Positions 38,601 through 53,793 of a stretch of DNA of 64,000 nucleotides are shown piece by piece; position 1 is the stretch's first letter, and the number at the start of each line of letters is the position of its first letter. Position numbers and translations under genes: made by a program. Below the pieces are notes generated by a model. It ran no database searches, was not told the origin of the DNA, and worked only from the letters and a program-made list of their open reading frames with translations. The DNA is from Octopus vulgaris (taxonomy: Eukaryota): NCBI GenBank assembly GCA_951406725.2, contig OX597817.1:34658001-34722000 (forward strand), given 5' to 3'.

Positions 38601-38952
38601 GTTGTTGTTGTTATTATTATTATTTGTGACAGAACCGGTAGATTTTGCACCAAAGATTTCGTGGTATTTATTTGCTTTTGATCTTATCAAATCCTCCGGG
38701 TTTGTATTTGGGTTTGTTTTTCCTGGTTGGATAAAACTAATACCAGTAATACACTAGGCGATCAGTTGAATCAAGTCAAGTCAATACTCTCCCCTTCCAC
38801 CTTGTAAATTTTGGGATTTGTAAAAATGTTAGAAATTATTCAACTTGTTTTGTTATTTCTTTTGTTGTCGTTGTTGTTATGTTTTTGTTGTTGTTGTTAT
38901 CTTGGAGAGTTTATTTCTCCAGTCAATGGACTGCGGCCATGCTGGGGGCACA

Positions 38953-39003
<51 letters not shown>

Positions 39004-40187
39004 CTTGCAAAAATATCGGTTACGAATGTCTGCTATGTGTTGCAAGTTCTCGGTGAACCGAGTGGAAGGCGCGGGCTGGTTTCGATTCACTTCATTTCGT
39101 TTCGTCTCGATTCTTTCTTTTGAGAAAAGCATGAATGCTAACCATTTGTCTTTTTCCCCAATTCCGCCCCAGCCTATATCAATCATCACTCATAGAAAAA
39201 CAAACAAACAAACAAAAAGAAAGTCAGTGTGCTCCAGCATGGCCTTAGTCTTGATGGCTAAAGACGAAGTAAAGAACTGAAAAGAAGCACGATGATAAAT
39301 GGAACAGGTTTATGCAAAGAAATCCCGGTTACAAAGGGAATCGTTTCAATTCCCTGGAGTCTGTAACATCATTTATTTTGCTCCTACAGTTGCGGCAGCA
39401 GACGACGTTAAGAATATATAAAGCAAAGCGAGTTACAGTTTAAAGGGCTGACCTCTTCCTCCACACGTTCTCCCTCGCTGCACTGCCGCCGCCGCCGCCG
39501 CCACAGCCACAATAACACCTCCAACAACAACAACAATAATAACACTGCCTGCAACATCTACAACATCAGCATCAGACTCTAATCCCTCACTCCACGTAGA
39601 ATCTTGCCAAACCCCCCCGTTCGCATCATCCTCGCAACAGCAACCGCAGCAGCATCAGAAGCAGCAGCCAGCCAGCCACAGTAGTCGAAGTAATCCTTCA
39701 ACATAGTATGGTCCCCTTAAGGGGGAAGAAGACCACCAACTGATAATTTCGTTTCTCCTACACTTTCTTCTACTCCATCTTTCACTTTCTTTTCCTCTCT
39801 CTCTCTCTCTTCATCTTTCCTTTCCTCTAAATTCTCACTTTTCTCTATGTTCTTTTCCTTTTCTTTCCTCAGATTTTTCTTCTCTTCGTTCTTATACTCC
39901 GCCTCTTTTTCACAACTCTTTCTCATCCCTCATTCTGTTTTCTTGTTTCATCTTCTTCCTCGCCCAATATTCCTTGCCTATTCTTCTACCCTCTCTTCTT
40001 CCCCTCCTTTTTCGTTCTTTTATTTTACTACCTCTCTGCCTTTCTCCTTCCCTCTTTTCTTCGCCTCTATCCATCCACTTTTTCTAACACGTTGACTTCT
40101 ATTTCTGCTGCTCTTACTCTCAGCCTCTTTTCCTCCCGTACTCTTTTTCTTTATTTATCTATCTTCCTCTCTTTCTCTCGCTATACA

Positions 40188-40772
<585 letters not shown>

Positions 40773-41089
40773 GCTCTGCTCCCTTTCACACTCACTCACT
40801 ATCCATCTATCCATCTATCCATCCATTCATCTATTTATCAATCTATCAGAAGCAAGGAATAAACTAGCAGCACCAAAAATAAACAGTAACAACATCAATA
40901 TCAAAGTATAGGTATCTAAAAAGGCGGAGTTGGACCCTTCCATCCACCTCTGAATCGCCACCTCATATTCTTTAACACACCCTTGGAGACAAAAACAAAA
41001 ACAGAAACAAAAACAAAAACAAACAAAAAAAAATGCGGTAAAGCCGCAAGAATTTATACCCATCATCCCGAATGAAGCCCCGAAGAAAC

Positions 41090-41343
41090 AGACTTTCTCT
41101 CTCCTTCTCGCTCGCTCTCCTCCCACCCTCCCTTTCTTTTTCTCTCTTTATCTTTCTCGTCTTTCGCATCTCCCCCTTTGCGCCCTTCTTTCTAGAAGTG
41201 TTTAGAGGAACGCAAGACTTTAATTAGTTGCTGCTGCTGCTGCTGCTGCTACCGCTGCTGCCGCCGCCGCCACCGTTCTTGTTGTAGTTGTTGTTATTGG
41301 TGGTGATCGTTGTCGCGCTTCTGTTTCAAACTGCTGCTGCTGC

Positions 41344-41379
<36 letters not shown>

Positions 41380-41568
41380 GTTATTATTAACATTATTATT
41401 ATTATTTGTTGTTGTTGTTGTTGTTGCTGCTGTGGTGTTAAAGGTGGTGCGGAGGTGGTAGTGGAGACAGTGGTGGCTTTTTTTTCTGGGCTCTTGGAAG
41501 CCACTGTTTGCTTCATTGTTCGTTTTGGTTCGCTCTCGCTGTTATTTACCAAGCAAGAAAAGGTAAGT
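41090..41568 (+). promoter_or_regulatory. Putative promoter-proximal non-coding first exon ending in a splice donor
   Basis: TE-free, CpG-containing, GCT/GCC/GTT triplet-rich stretch ending AAG|GTAAGT (41562/41563). The 5' boundary is a guess. Confidence 0.35.
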
Positions 41569-43690
41569 TATTCTTTATCGCTTTAGCTTTCTTCTCTTTC
41601 CCACTTTCATTGGAGACTGTTGATAACTGCAAATATTAACCGCGACTTTCAAATCTTGTTGCCGCACAACACGTATACATACACACAGATACATATATAC
41701 ATATATACATATATATATGTATATATATATTTTTGAGTATGCATTGTCAGGGAGATTTTTCTTATAGTAGAAGAAATAGCTAAGATTTTTTGGCTGCTGT
41801 ATCTAAAAGTTCGGTGTGCGGTAAAGTAAATTATTTTACTGAACCCTAATTATATAACGTAATGTTTTAAATATACCTTAAATGGTCTTTTTACATACTG
41901 AATGAACACTACTTGGTAAAATTAATTAATAATTAATTAATTTTACCCTTTTATTATTGATAATATATATATATGTATATGTATGTATGTGTATGTATAT
42001 ATATTTGTATATATATGTGAATGTTTACTCGCGTGTAATATCAATGTCTAGTTTAAATGTACAAACATAGATGCGAAGAAAACAGAGACAAACAGATTAA
42101 AAATAACAGTGATACTATATTTTACGAATCCCTTTTACACACGCACACATGTTATTCTGTCAGGAGCTGGAGTTGTGTGTTTGCTTCGAGTTTTCTTTTA
42201 CACGTAAAGTGACTAACTTTGGCTCGATCTTAAAATGCGTTTTAGCAGTTACGTCAATCTAACATCCAACTCTCCATGCATGTTCACTTACGCACAAATT
42301 TTATTTTAGAACTGTCTTTCAAGCTATTTATTGCATTCTTGTATGTGTGTGTAACTGTGTTTGTATGATTATGCATGTACGTAAATATTTATGCGTGTGA
42401 GTGCATTCAATATCTAACATAGGTACACGGCCGCAAATGTTCGTGGGATGTATATAATTAAAATGTATAGTCAATTAGATCGACCCTAATAACTTGACAA
42501 GTGTTTAGTTAAAAATATATTAACTTCCGTAATTGAACATAAATATTTTTTTTTTTATTTTCAACATAATGTTAATTATATGAGTGAGAACAAATGACAT
42601 TAGTGTTTTACAAGTACTTGCTTCATCGAACCCAGAACGATGAAATGCGAAGTTGCATCCAATATGATTTGAACTCACGGCAGCGAGCTACTGAACTAAA
42701 GTAATGTTGATCAAATAACAAGGCAGATTGTTGACCTCTTCATCTAAATTCTTCTACCCTTCGTATAAACTAGAATAATGTAATGTATTCTCTTGTGTTT
42801 TTATTCTCTCTATTCCGTTTGTTTATATGCTTTCATAAGTTCTCAATATTCCAAGCTCCATTAAATATATGTATGTGTGTATGTGTGCATGCATGCATAC
42901 ATGTACGTATGTATCGATGGGTATGTAAATGAATGTGTGTGTGTGTGCGTACGCGCGTGTATGTAAAAATATTGATTTTATCCCCTAACATGATAAATAG
43001 CTTGATATTTTGTGAAATCCAGGGATTTAAAAAAAAAATGAAATATGTACCTGTCATACGCTGGATCGATTCCAGTCAACATCATTTTCTTCCACACACA
43101 TACATATATACGAAACATATATACGTATGCATACAGACACATGCACATCCATACACATGCATGCGCACACTACTGCGCGCGCGCACACATACACACACAC
43201 ACACACACACACATTATTACACTGAAACTCATACATGCACATACACTCACACACGTTTGCGTACGTAATGAAGAGAGAATAACAGATAGAATGATAGAGA
43301 GAGAGAGAAATGGAGAGACTGTATGCAATGTTATGTATTATTGCTACGATCAAAGATATTCCGATCGTGACCATCACGTCTTTTTCCCCAGCCATAATGC
43401 AACCATGTCCGCATTATGCCTTGTGTCTGTTTATTTAGTGATTTTTTTTGTTTTTGTTTTTGTTCCTTATTCTCATTGTTATCCCCTTCGATTTTCCCTT
43501 CTGTTTCTATATGGAGTTGTTGATCAACAATGTATTGGATGTTGTGTTCTCAAACGCAATGCAGTGCGCTTTTGCTTATCCCTCCCTATCCAGGGCGGGG
43601 CACAAGGGTGAAGAGTGGTGGGAATTTGGTTGTTTTATCTAGCAAGGCAATGGACTGGACTGAGGAGATGTTTGGTCCTTCGTTGATTTG

Positions 43691-43759
<69 letters not shown>

Positions 43760-45969
43760 TGTGTGTGTGAAAGAGGATATATATATATAGAGAGAGAGAG
43801 ACAGAGAGCATGTATGCGTGAGAGAGAGAAAGAAAAAGAAACAAAAAGAAAGAAGGAAGGAAAGACAGAAAGAAAGGAAAAAGAAGGAAAGAAAAAAGAA
43901 AGAAAGGAAGGAAGAAAGAAAGAAATACGAAGAAAGACAAAAAGTGTAAAAGACAGAGTAGATGATACAAACGAAAAAAGTAAAGAATCAACTGAATGGT
44001 CAGTGTTTTACAAATTGTCCATCCAACTGTATATAGAATATATTATTATCATATGGCTCTGATCGAACAGAACAATCAGCTGAAGCATTCCAGCCATGAC
44101 CAATCCATCTTTTGCGAGGAATAAGTTTACTCCTGGTTACATTATCCATTGTAGTATTTTTAAGATAAGATGTGGTTTAATGAGAGTTTGGCTGCTGTTT
44201 CAGTCAGATCGAATTTCCGTTTAGAAACTCCCCCGGGGGATCTCGGTGTTGTATACTTCACTACTGTAAACAGTAAACAATATTTTGATACTGTATTGGT
44301 TTCCTGTGATGATACACATGGCCACAAATGTTTTCATTTTTACGATTCAGTTAACCTTCCGATGCTTGACGCAACTTATTTCGTCGGCGCTGGAGGATTT
44401 GAAAAGCTATTCAACCTCGGCGGGTCTTGAACTCTGTATGCAGAACTTAACCAATCTGTGCAAGAAATTTTATCCAGGTCGCTATTCATTGGCAAATGTT
44501 CTGCTTTGGTTGACAGTCCTAAGTTTAACAAAAGCAAAGCCTGTCCAGTTATGGTTTCAGTTCTTCGAAGTCTCTACATAAAGCATGAGGAACTTTTTGT
44601 AACATCTAGAGAGAACCATATACACATACAAACCTACGGAGGTGCATCTAGGCTAAATAAAATAATAAATCTTTAATTTTACAAATTCATAGGTTACAAA
44701 TTATATTTAATTATAGTTTCTGTCTCAAAGATTAAACGGGTTTTTCCTTATATTTTTAAAATGTTTTATTTTATCTTTATTTTTGTCCTATGTGCTCCGT
44801 CAACGAACGGTTTCGAATCTGAATGCGGGCGAAATTTTGCCCGTAAATAATGGTTCCCCTGCTACTGTTCATCGTTATCTCTGTCTGCTAAGAAATTGTA
44901 GTCAAATGTTTCCCACAAAACATGTTTTGTCCGTCTTAAAACAGGAATTTCACATTGAATGATGTTCTGGAGGTTTGACTGGAACGTTTTGATCATAGCG
45001 TTGCTTGATAAGATCTGACACGAAACTAGATCACAGTCACAACAGCAAGAACAGCAAGAACATCAGGGTTTCTGATTTCTGATTAGAAGTTAGCATCTCC
45101 CTCGTTATCCTCCGGGCAACACCTTTTTCATTTGCCTGCTGGTGCCATGAGAAATGCTTCTATATTGTGAGAGGCAAGATTCTCCGCCAGTCCATTATGC
45201 ACACTTTGTGCTTAAAAATGTTTATGGTGAGCTGGTGAGCAATAACCTCATCATGCGCAGACATCCACCACCAGGTATACATCTTCCTCTGCTTACGAGG
45301 AATCCCACCTTATATGCATGTATGGTCATATATCTGTCTACGACTCCAGCGACAACAACACTTTCTCTTTCTTCCCTCAACCTTGGACAAAGGGCAAGTT
45401 TCATTCATTCCCTGAACTTATTAATTTTCTACTATAACATCCCTTATGAACTTTCCAGCTTATTTATATTCGGATAGAATTCTCGAATACACACACACAC
45501 ACTAGTTGTCTCAGGTTCGTAAAAGCCTGGCGAAACGTTGAGCACCTGCATAAAACACTTAGCTGGCCCGCCTAGTAGGGGCAGCGGACTGTAGAGAAGC
45601 GCATCAGATTACGGTGTCTTAACATAAGCTTTAATTTCTAGGCTAACCATGAACTGAATACCAGTAATACATTGGACCATACTACTGTTAACTTTCAATA
45701 CATGAAATTAATCGGAGAGCAACACCTATACACTTTGTGGGACCTCCTAGAATATATGGCTGATGAACATATCTGTGTATATGTGTGTGCGTGCGTGTGT
45801 GCGTGCGTGTGTGTGTGTGTGTGTGTGTGTTTTCATCCTGAAATTTGGCTACTTTCTATTTCATAAAGAATTATTTCAAGAGAGCCCAACGAGATATCTA
45901 TTCAGATCGCTAATACATGTATACATTTAACCATACATACATACATACATACATACATACATACATACA

Positions 45970-46029
<60 letters not shown>

Positions 46030-46030
<1 letters not shown>

Positions 46031-46226
46031 ATTCGCCATGATAGATCGGTAGCCACTACACACATTTTTTTTCTCTCCTTGTTTCTCTCTGTTCCTTTCT
46101 GTGGAAGAGCGTAGGCTCGAAACGTGAAAGACTTTTTCAATTCCCGAGCGTTATACTAATACATCTGTTTGTTTTCTACACCACCTGTCTTCGTCTTTTG
46201 TTTTGTTTTTTTCGTGAATTCTCCCC
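46030..46226 (+). mobile_element. ~200-bp element with CUGUGGA hammerhead-like fold, between TA tracts
   Basis: CTTT-CTGTGGA-A-GAGC-gtag-GCTC-GAAA-CGTG-AAAG at 46095-46130; two relatives in the window. Confidence 0.65.
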
Positions 46227-46624
46227 TATATATATAGAGAGAGACGTGTGTGCGTGTGTGTAGAGTGAACGTCTGTACTTAGCTCTTATGAAAACATGAA
46301 CACTTGTTGAATTGGCGTTTTGTTTACGCTGGTACCATACCAAATTTGAGAATGTGTGCATGCGTATATGACAGAGAGTGTTTACTAAGCTGGCATCAGT
46401 TAAGTCTATGAGTTTGGATAAACCACTAGTTTTCCTCGTGTCACCAGTTAGTAAACAATAATAATACGGTTTTTATCTCAGTGTGCGACGCTGTGTACAT
46501 AACATCAGCTACTAAATCCATACTCATGGACACAGTCACATAAACACGCAAACACACTCACACACAACACAAATACATGCATACATGACAACCAGCAAAA
46601 CACAGAAGCCTGTACGTGTAACAC

Positions 46625-46795
46625 GTTGTTCGACCTGCTAAAAATAACAGCCAAATCCCATCCTGCCGTATTCAAAACGAAAGAAATTGTTTATTAGATA
46701 ACGTAATTCTGGATAGCTCTGAACTTGTTACGGCGGGAATGTCTTTGATCATAGGTCTGCTCGGTTCTATCGGAATTGACCTGGGGTTAAATATC
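46625..46795 (-). mobile_element. Old interspersed repeat (family D)
   Basis: Reverse complement of blocks AGACCTATGATCAAAG and GAGATTTGGCTGCTATTTCTAGCAGGTCG, also seen in decayed form near 14150, 15170-15260, 25740, 44060-44210, 48365 and 60050. Confidence 0.6.
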
Positions 46796-46819
46796 AACAA
46801 CACGCATAAACACACACAT

Positions 46820-46858
<39 letters not shown>

Positions 46859-47666
46859 GGGTATGCACAAATGTATCTACGTTTCTGAATTGTTTGTATA
46901 TTATTATATGTTCGAACAGCGAAGACTGGGTCTTTGAATTCATTTTTGTAATACTCTCCTCAAAAAATGTTTAATTCTGCTCCAAGCCTTTCTTAATTGC
47001 TGTTATTCTACATATAAATACGAAAAAACATGACCAAAGTGAGAGTCACCGATCGAAATACGTCAAATTGGCGTAGTGTATGTTCCGGCTCACAACGTTC
47101 CGAGTTCGAATTCCATCAGAGTCGTCTTTTTCCGTTCTTACTCTAAGTAGTTATCATATACTAGTACCTCTCAAGGGGCGGTAGATTAGTTTTCAGTTAG
47201 AACATCTAACGAGATTCTATGTGGTACTATTTTTCAGACCCATTGCGTTGAGTTCTTGCGTGGAGGACTTCGACATTTTGTCTGTTTTGGCATCATCAAC
47301 TGATCCCGCGATGCTTTTAGCGGAGTTCACTCTGTCGTAAGCATTCGGGCTGGGTCTCCAGTTTGAGGACTAGCGTATACGGGAGAAAAGAGCGCCCGTC
47401 CCAGGCGACGCTTTAAGGGCAGTAGCGCTGTAGAGCCAGCTGTATAAACCTGAATAGGCTGGGGGTGGGGAGCAAACTCAAAGGCTGTCCCTCGTGGTAC
47501 ACATTCTATCTACATCACTGGGTTTGAGGATAACTTCCACCACCTGACCCCTTTCTAGTTTTCACAAGTCCCGAAAACAATTTCGGGCCGTGGGTGTCCT
47601 TCTGATCCCTGATTAAACAGTAAAAAATATTCTTATTATACGAGCCCCTGGTTACCCTTGATAAGG

Positions 47667-47968
47667 AAGGCGCGTGGATAAGTGGTTAGGATATTCGGCA
47701 TAACGACTGTAAGATTGTGAGTTCGATTCCTGGCGGCGCTTTGTGTCCTTGAGCAAGACACTTTATTTCATGTTGCTCTAGTCCACTCAGCTGGCAAAAA
47801 TGAGTAGTACCTGTATTTCAAAGGGTCAGCCTGGTCACATTCTGTATCACGCTGAATCTCCATGGGATCTTCGTTAAGGATACGCGTGTCTATGGAGTTG
47901 GCTCAGTCACTTGCACGTTAATTTCACGAGCAGGCTGGGACCCTTGTCGTCGTAACTGACAGAGTGCC
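47667..47968 (+). mobile_element. tRNA-derived SINE (CORE-like body Y, tail 2)
   Basis: GAGTTCGATTCC B-box, GTGTCCTTGAGCAAGACAC core, 13-bp TSD ACCCTTGATAAGG (47654-47666 and 47969-47981). Confidence 0.9.
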
Positions 47969-48771
47969 ACCCTTGATAAGGCAAAATTATTTTCAAGGGC
48001 ATTCCAGTCACGATCCTTCCACTATTTCAGAGCCATATAGAAGTTGGTCTGTCATGAGCCGGAGAGTTCATAAAGTTGGAGCTTAATCCGCTTTTCATGG
48101 TATATAAGTGAATGAGGTTACAACACTCCTCCCTGAATTGTACGCTGCTCTGTCACAGATTTAACGGCTCAGCTATAAGTGGAATTCATTTAGCAATGTG
48201 TAGACTTGAACATCGTCTGAGAATCGAAATCGCAGTCTTACAATCACGAGCGCAACAGCCAGACCACTGGGCCACACACTGTTAATGTAGTTCTACATGT
48301 CCTGAAGAATATGCAAGATTACATTAACTAATGCTTGCTTCTTTGTTTTAAGAGGACGGTTTCTGATTTGAGGGAGATTTGATTGCTATTTCTAGCAGGT
48401 CGAGCGCCGCCGCCGAGATAACCTTCTGGAGAGGTTCATTTCTGCATGCGTGTACAGGAATGTATGCGTATTTGTCAGTTTGTATCATCATAAGTGCCTT
48501 CTTTATGAGAGTGAATGGGAATGTGCGTTTGTGTTTTTCTTAGCGATGCAGCCTTATCTATTAGCACGTGTGAGTGTATGCGTATGTATGTGTGCATGTG
48601 CGTGTGTGTGTGTGCATATGTACAATGCTTATGAATATATATATATAACTGTGCCCTTGTAACCGAGCGGTTGTTTGTTCACTTAATTGCATGCATTTAT
48701 AAACACCAATTAAATGCAACTTAATATCTATATTTATTTTAACACCCCTATATCCTTCCTATATATATGTG

Positions 48772-48807
<36 letters not shown>

Positions 48808-49130
48808 TGTATGTATGTATGTATGCTTGTATGTATGTATGTATGTATGTATGTATGTATGTATGTATGTATGTATGTATGTATGCTTGTATGTATGTAT
48901 GTATGTATTAGGGTTGTTTATACAAATGGGAAACTAGAACTCAAGACATTAACCAGAGTGCTTTATATTATTATATTATTTGCTATGATAAGCAGCATCA
49001 GTGACTCAAGGGATGATAGTTACGTGCGTCGCACTTATCAAGTAGTTTGATAAGTGCTTTTGCACGAGTCTCTAAGTCATTGAACTAATAATGCAGCTTC
49101 TCAGTCCAATCAGTATCTTTTTTGTATATA

Positions 49131-49736
49131 CAACAGGGTGCTGAAAAGTTCCTGGCTTTAAAAGAAAAAAACGGGAAGATCAATTAACCATGATTTTATA
49201 CAACATATTCCCCTTGCAGTTTCACACACTTATTGCAGCAGTTCTTCAGTTCTACTAATCCCTGTTTTTTTTAGGAGCACTCCGTCGGTTGCGACGATGA
49301 GGGTCCCAGCTGATACGATCAACGGAACAGCCTGCTCATGAAATTAACGTGTAAGTGGCTGAGCACTCCACAGACACGTGTACCCTTAACGTAGTTCTCA
49401 GGAAGATTCAGCGTGACACACAGAATGTGACAAGGCTGGCCTTTTGAAATACAGGTACAAGAGAAACAGGAAGAAAGAGCGAGAGAAAGTTGTGGTGAAA
49501 GAGTACAGCAGGGTTCACCACCACCCCCTGCCGGAGCCTCGTGGAGCTTTAGGTGTTTTCGATCAATAAACACTCACAATGCCCGGTCTGGGAATCGAAA
49601 CCGCGATCCTCCGACCGCGAGTCCGCTGCCCTAACCACTGGGCCATTGCGCCTCCACTAATCCCTGTAAAAGAACTCGGAAGGTTGAGTCTCCAACAAGG
49701 CTTTTTGCGATACCCGTTAAGCTAGGAACTTTTCAG
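49131..49736. mobile_element. Tc1/mariner-type MITE interrupted by a SINE
   Basis: CTGAAAAGTTCCTGGCTT ... AAGCTAGGAACTTTTCAG inverted ends. Confidence 0.7.
49266..49655 (-). mobile_element. Full-length tRNA-derived SINE (head X, tail 2)
   Basis: GGAGGCGCAATGGCCCAGTGGTTAGG head, short poly-A, 12-bp TSD ACTAATCCCTGT (49254-49265 and 49656-49667). Confidence 0.93.
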
Positions 49737-50192
49737 AAAATATATTAGATTATAGTCTTTCTTATTATATTGCTTTATCCTTGTTACTAAGGTCGGCTCT
49801 TACTGTATGAGCGAGTGAATGATAGAGTGTGTACATAACCTGCGTGTTGACGGTGTAGTTGATGTTTACAAATGAATGATAACAGAATATATTGACCACT
49901 GTGTCACTTCACCAGCCGTCGGAGTCCCAGGGTAGGATAGCGTTCTGGATTCTACATCACTATGCAAGGCCATTACATATTGTCATAGATGGGTCTTCAA
50001 TTAAAGTCGACCCCAATACTTGACTGGTACTTCATTCTGTCCAGTCAGGAAGGATGGAAGACAAATTCTCTTTGGAAGGATTTGGTACACTAACAGTAAG
50101 GAGCCAGAACAAATTGTGATAAGCATGTTGCTTGGCGCTCTAACGATTCGACCAACCCACACTCCGGTATTAGATTTTAAAATTGTGTGTGC

Positions 50193-50236
<44 letters not shown>

Positions 50237-50304
50237 GCACGAATATATATATTCTCTCTCTCCCTCTCTCAACTCTCTCTCTCTCTATATATATATATAT
50301 ACAT

Positions 50305-50541
50305 TCTTTTTATACATGTTTCAGTCATTTGACTGCGGTCATGCTCGAGCCCCGCCTTAAAAGGTTTTAGTCGAAGAAATCGGCCTTAGAACTTATTCTT
50401 TGTAAGCCTAGGATTTATTCTATCGGTCTCTTTTGCCGAACTGCTAAGTTACGGGGACATAAACCCACCAACATCGGCTGTCAAGCGATGGTAGGTTGAC
50501 AAAAACAGATACAAAGACAGACACACATAAATAAATATATA

Positions 50542-50621
<80 letters not shown>

Positions 50622-50765
50622 CGACGGGCTTCTTTCAGTTTCCGTCTAGCAAATTCACTCACAAGGCCTTGGTCGGCCCGAGGCTATAGTAGAAGACATT
50701 TGCCCAAGGTGTCACGCAGTGGGACTGAACCCGGAACCATGTGGTTGGGAAGCAAGATTCTTACA
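50305..50765 (-). mobile_element. CORE-type SINE family B, near full length with internal (CA)n
   Basis: Tail, middle and CORE/head blocks all present. Confidence 0.88.
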
Positions 50766-51094
50766 CACACACACACATAGGTCAACTTATCGATCACTGT
50801 GTGTGTGTGTGTGTGTGTAGATATGTTTGTATACACCTATCCACCAATACCTGCAACCACGTTTAATGCACCAAACGTGACGCACCAGTATGTCCTCTCC
50901 CTGTGTCAACATAGGATTCCACCGACACCATCACCCACACACAACCACCAAACACCAACCACGCCTTCTTTACTGTGACACTTTCCTTTTGATCTCTGTC
51001 CTAATTACACGGGTTCTGTAGTAGTTTACTTTAAAATTCCGATAACAATAACCGTTTGATAACATTAGGCAGCTCCCACTGTATCTACGCTTGT

Positions 51095-51122
51095 ATGTGT
51101 ATGTGTGTATAAATATACATTC

Positions 51123-51163
<41 letters not shown>

Positions 51164-51219
51164 TGTGTGTGTGTGTGTGTATGTATGTATTTATATGTAT
51201 GTATTTATATATATATATG

Positions 51220-51254
<35 letters not shown>

Positions 51255-51317
51255 GTTTATATGTATATGTATTTATATATGTATATGTATGTATATATAT
51301 ATTCACATATATATATA

Positions 51318-51349
<32 letters not shown>

Positions 51350-51350
51350 C
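51095..51350. repeat. Degenerate (TA)n/(TG)n/(TACA)n microsatellite
   Basis: Direct reading. Confidence 0.92.
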
Positions 51351-51686
51351 AAAGGAATTTGTTCGTGCTGCGTGTACATCGGTGTTTAAGACGAAATTTT
51401 AATTTTCAATAATAAGCCGTTAGAAGAAGTTGGGATTCGTCTTATACACCATATATAAAAGGTGGCATAAGATATGGTTGACTGCAGATTATCCCTTCTT
51501 TCGTAACTACGAACACGTGTTGTACCTCCATTCGACTTATACGTCGACATATACGGCATAGACGTATACAGTCTCACTGTGCTTTAAAGCACTAAAACCT
51601 GTAAAACTAAACTCTTACTTTGTACTGTCACACTACACTGTTATACGACCTTTAACGGTATTTAGCTGCACGGATACCATGCTCTC

Positions 51687-51689
<3 letters not shown>

Positions 51690-51728
<39 letters not shown>

Positions 51729-51762
51729 ACATACACACACATCACTATATAACGCATGTACA

Positions 51763-51839
<77 letters not shown>

Positions 51840-52127
51840 GTTTCAGATATGTGTATGGTTGCACGTTTGCATATATATATATATATATATATAAAATACA
51901 CATAAGCACGCACGCACACATGCACACACACACGCACACAAACACATACACTTCATATATATATATATATTCGTATATTTATATATATATATAAAATATA
52001 CGTATATATAGTATATATAGTATATATATATATATATTCGTATATTTATATATATATAAAATATACGTATATATAGTATATATATATATATATATATATG
52101 TGTATATATATATATATATAATATGTG

Positions 52128-52205
<78 letters not shown>
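51690..52205. repeat. (TC)n/(TA)n microsatellite with an internal ~65-bp duplication
   Basis: The TTCGTATATTT...AAAATATACG unit is repeated at about 51970 and 52037. Confidence 0.92.
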
Positions 52206-52208
<3 letters not shown>

Positions 52209-52395
52209 CGTATACATCATGTCTTATGCATCTATCTATGTACACATTAGCTTGTATATTTATTTTAATATGCATGTTATTTTAATATACATAAATGTGC
52301 ACTAAAATACATATGCTACGAGATTCCACCTTTGACTGTGGGAAACGATATAAAAATCAAAGTTTTGTACCGAGCGAGATGAAGTTTATTTTTCT

Positions 52396-52454
<59 letters not shown>

Positions 52455-52989
52455 TCACTCTGACACAATTGCTATGCTGAGATGCATGTACAACTGTTAT
52501 GTTATGTGTTACATATGTGTGTATAGGCTTGTATGTGATTTCTGTTACTGTGTAGACAGATGCATGCTTGCGGTGTGAGCGTCTGTGTTCGCGTGTAACT
52601 GTACGTATGCGTGTGTGTGCCCATGTTTACCCATTAGGCTGCGTTCGTTCACGTTGTACAAGTGTGAAAGAGGAGGACAGCTGTAAGATTTCTCTAGATT
52701 TTCTTACACACACCAGAAAGTGGTGGTGACCTTAAGCAGGCACGAATCTTTCCCGAAATTCCATTCAGCATACATACACACGCTAGCACAAACATGCATG
52801 TGTGCACATGTATGTTCGCACACATACACACGCATACTCACACATGCTTACACTCGCACACACACACACACACACGGAGACACGTTATCCATCATAACTG
52901 CCTCTATGGTTTCTACGTATTTACAGCCTGTCCTTTCTGCTATCTTTCTCCCACAGCCTTTCTCAAATCCGTCTATATATCAGAAAATA

Positions 52990-53010
52990 ATCTATCTGTC
53001 TGTCTGTCAT

Positions 53011-53050
<40 letters not shown>

Positions 53051-53051
53051 C

Positions 53052-53128
<77 letters not shown>

Positions 53129-53145
53129 AATCTATCCATCTATCT

Positions 53146-53187
<42 letters not shown>

Positions 53188-53213
53188 TCTCTCTCTGTCT
53201 ATCTATCTATCTG

Positions 53214-53291
<78 letters not shown>

Positions 53292-53385
53292 CTCTCTGTG
53301 TCTATCTATCTATCAATCTATCTATCTATCTATCTGTCTGTCTATCTATATATATATATCTGTCTGTCAATCTATCCATCTATCT

Positions 53386-53428
<43 letters not shown>

Positions 53429-53452
53429 GTCTGTCAATCTATCCATCTATCT

Positions 53453-53486
<34 letters not shown>

Positions 53487-53532
53487 TCTCTCTCTGTCTA
53501 TCTATCTATCTATCTGTCTGTCTGTCTTTCTA

Positions 53533-53569
<37 letters not shown>

Positions 53570-53582
53570 CTCTCTCTCTCTG

Positions 53583-53623
<41 letters not shown>

Positions 53624-53753
53624 AGCTATCTATCTAGAGACAGACAGGCAGACAGTCAGACAACTAAGTAAATATCTTCCTATCTGTTTGTTCTGTCATT
53701 CTATCTCTCACTTTCTATGTTCCCCTCCTCCTCTCTCTCTCTCTCTCCCTTTA

Positions 53754-53790
<37 letters not shown>
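52990..53790. repeat. Compound (TATC)/(TGTC)/(TA)/(TC)/(CA) microsatellite with higher-order units
   Basis: CTGTCAATCTATCCATCTATCTATCA occurs three times. Confidence 0.93.

Positions 53791-53793
<3 letters not shown>

Noticed and set aside
44170-44430. 86-aa ORF with non-repetitive composition
   Set aside because: Overlaps decayed family D and SINE family A fragments; no recognisable motif.
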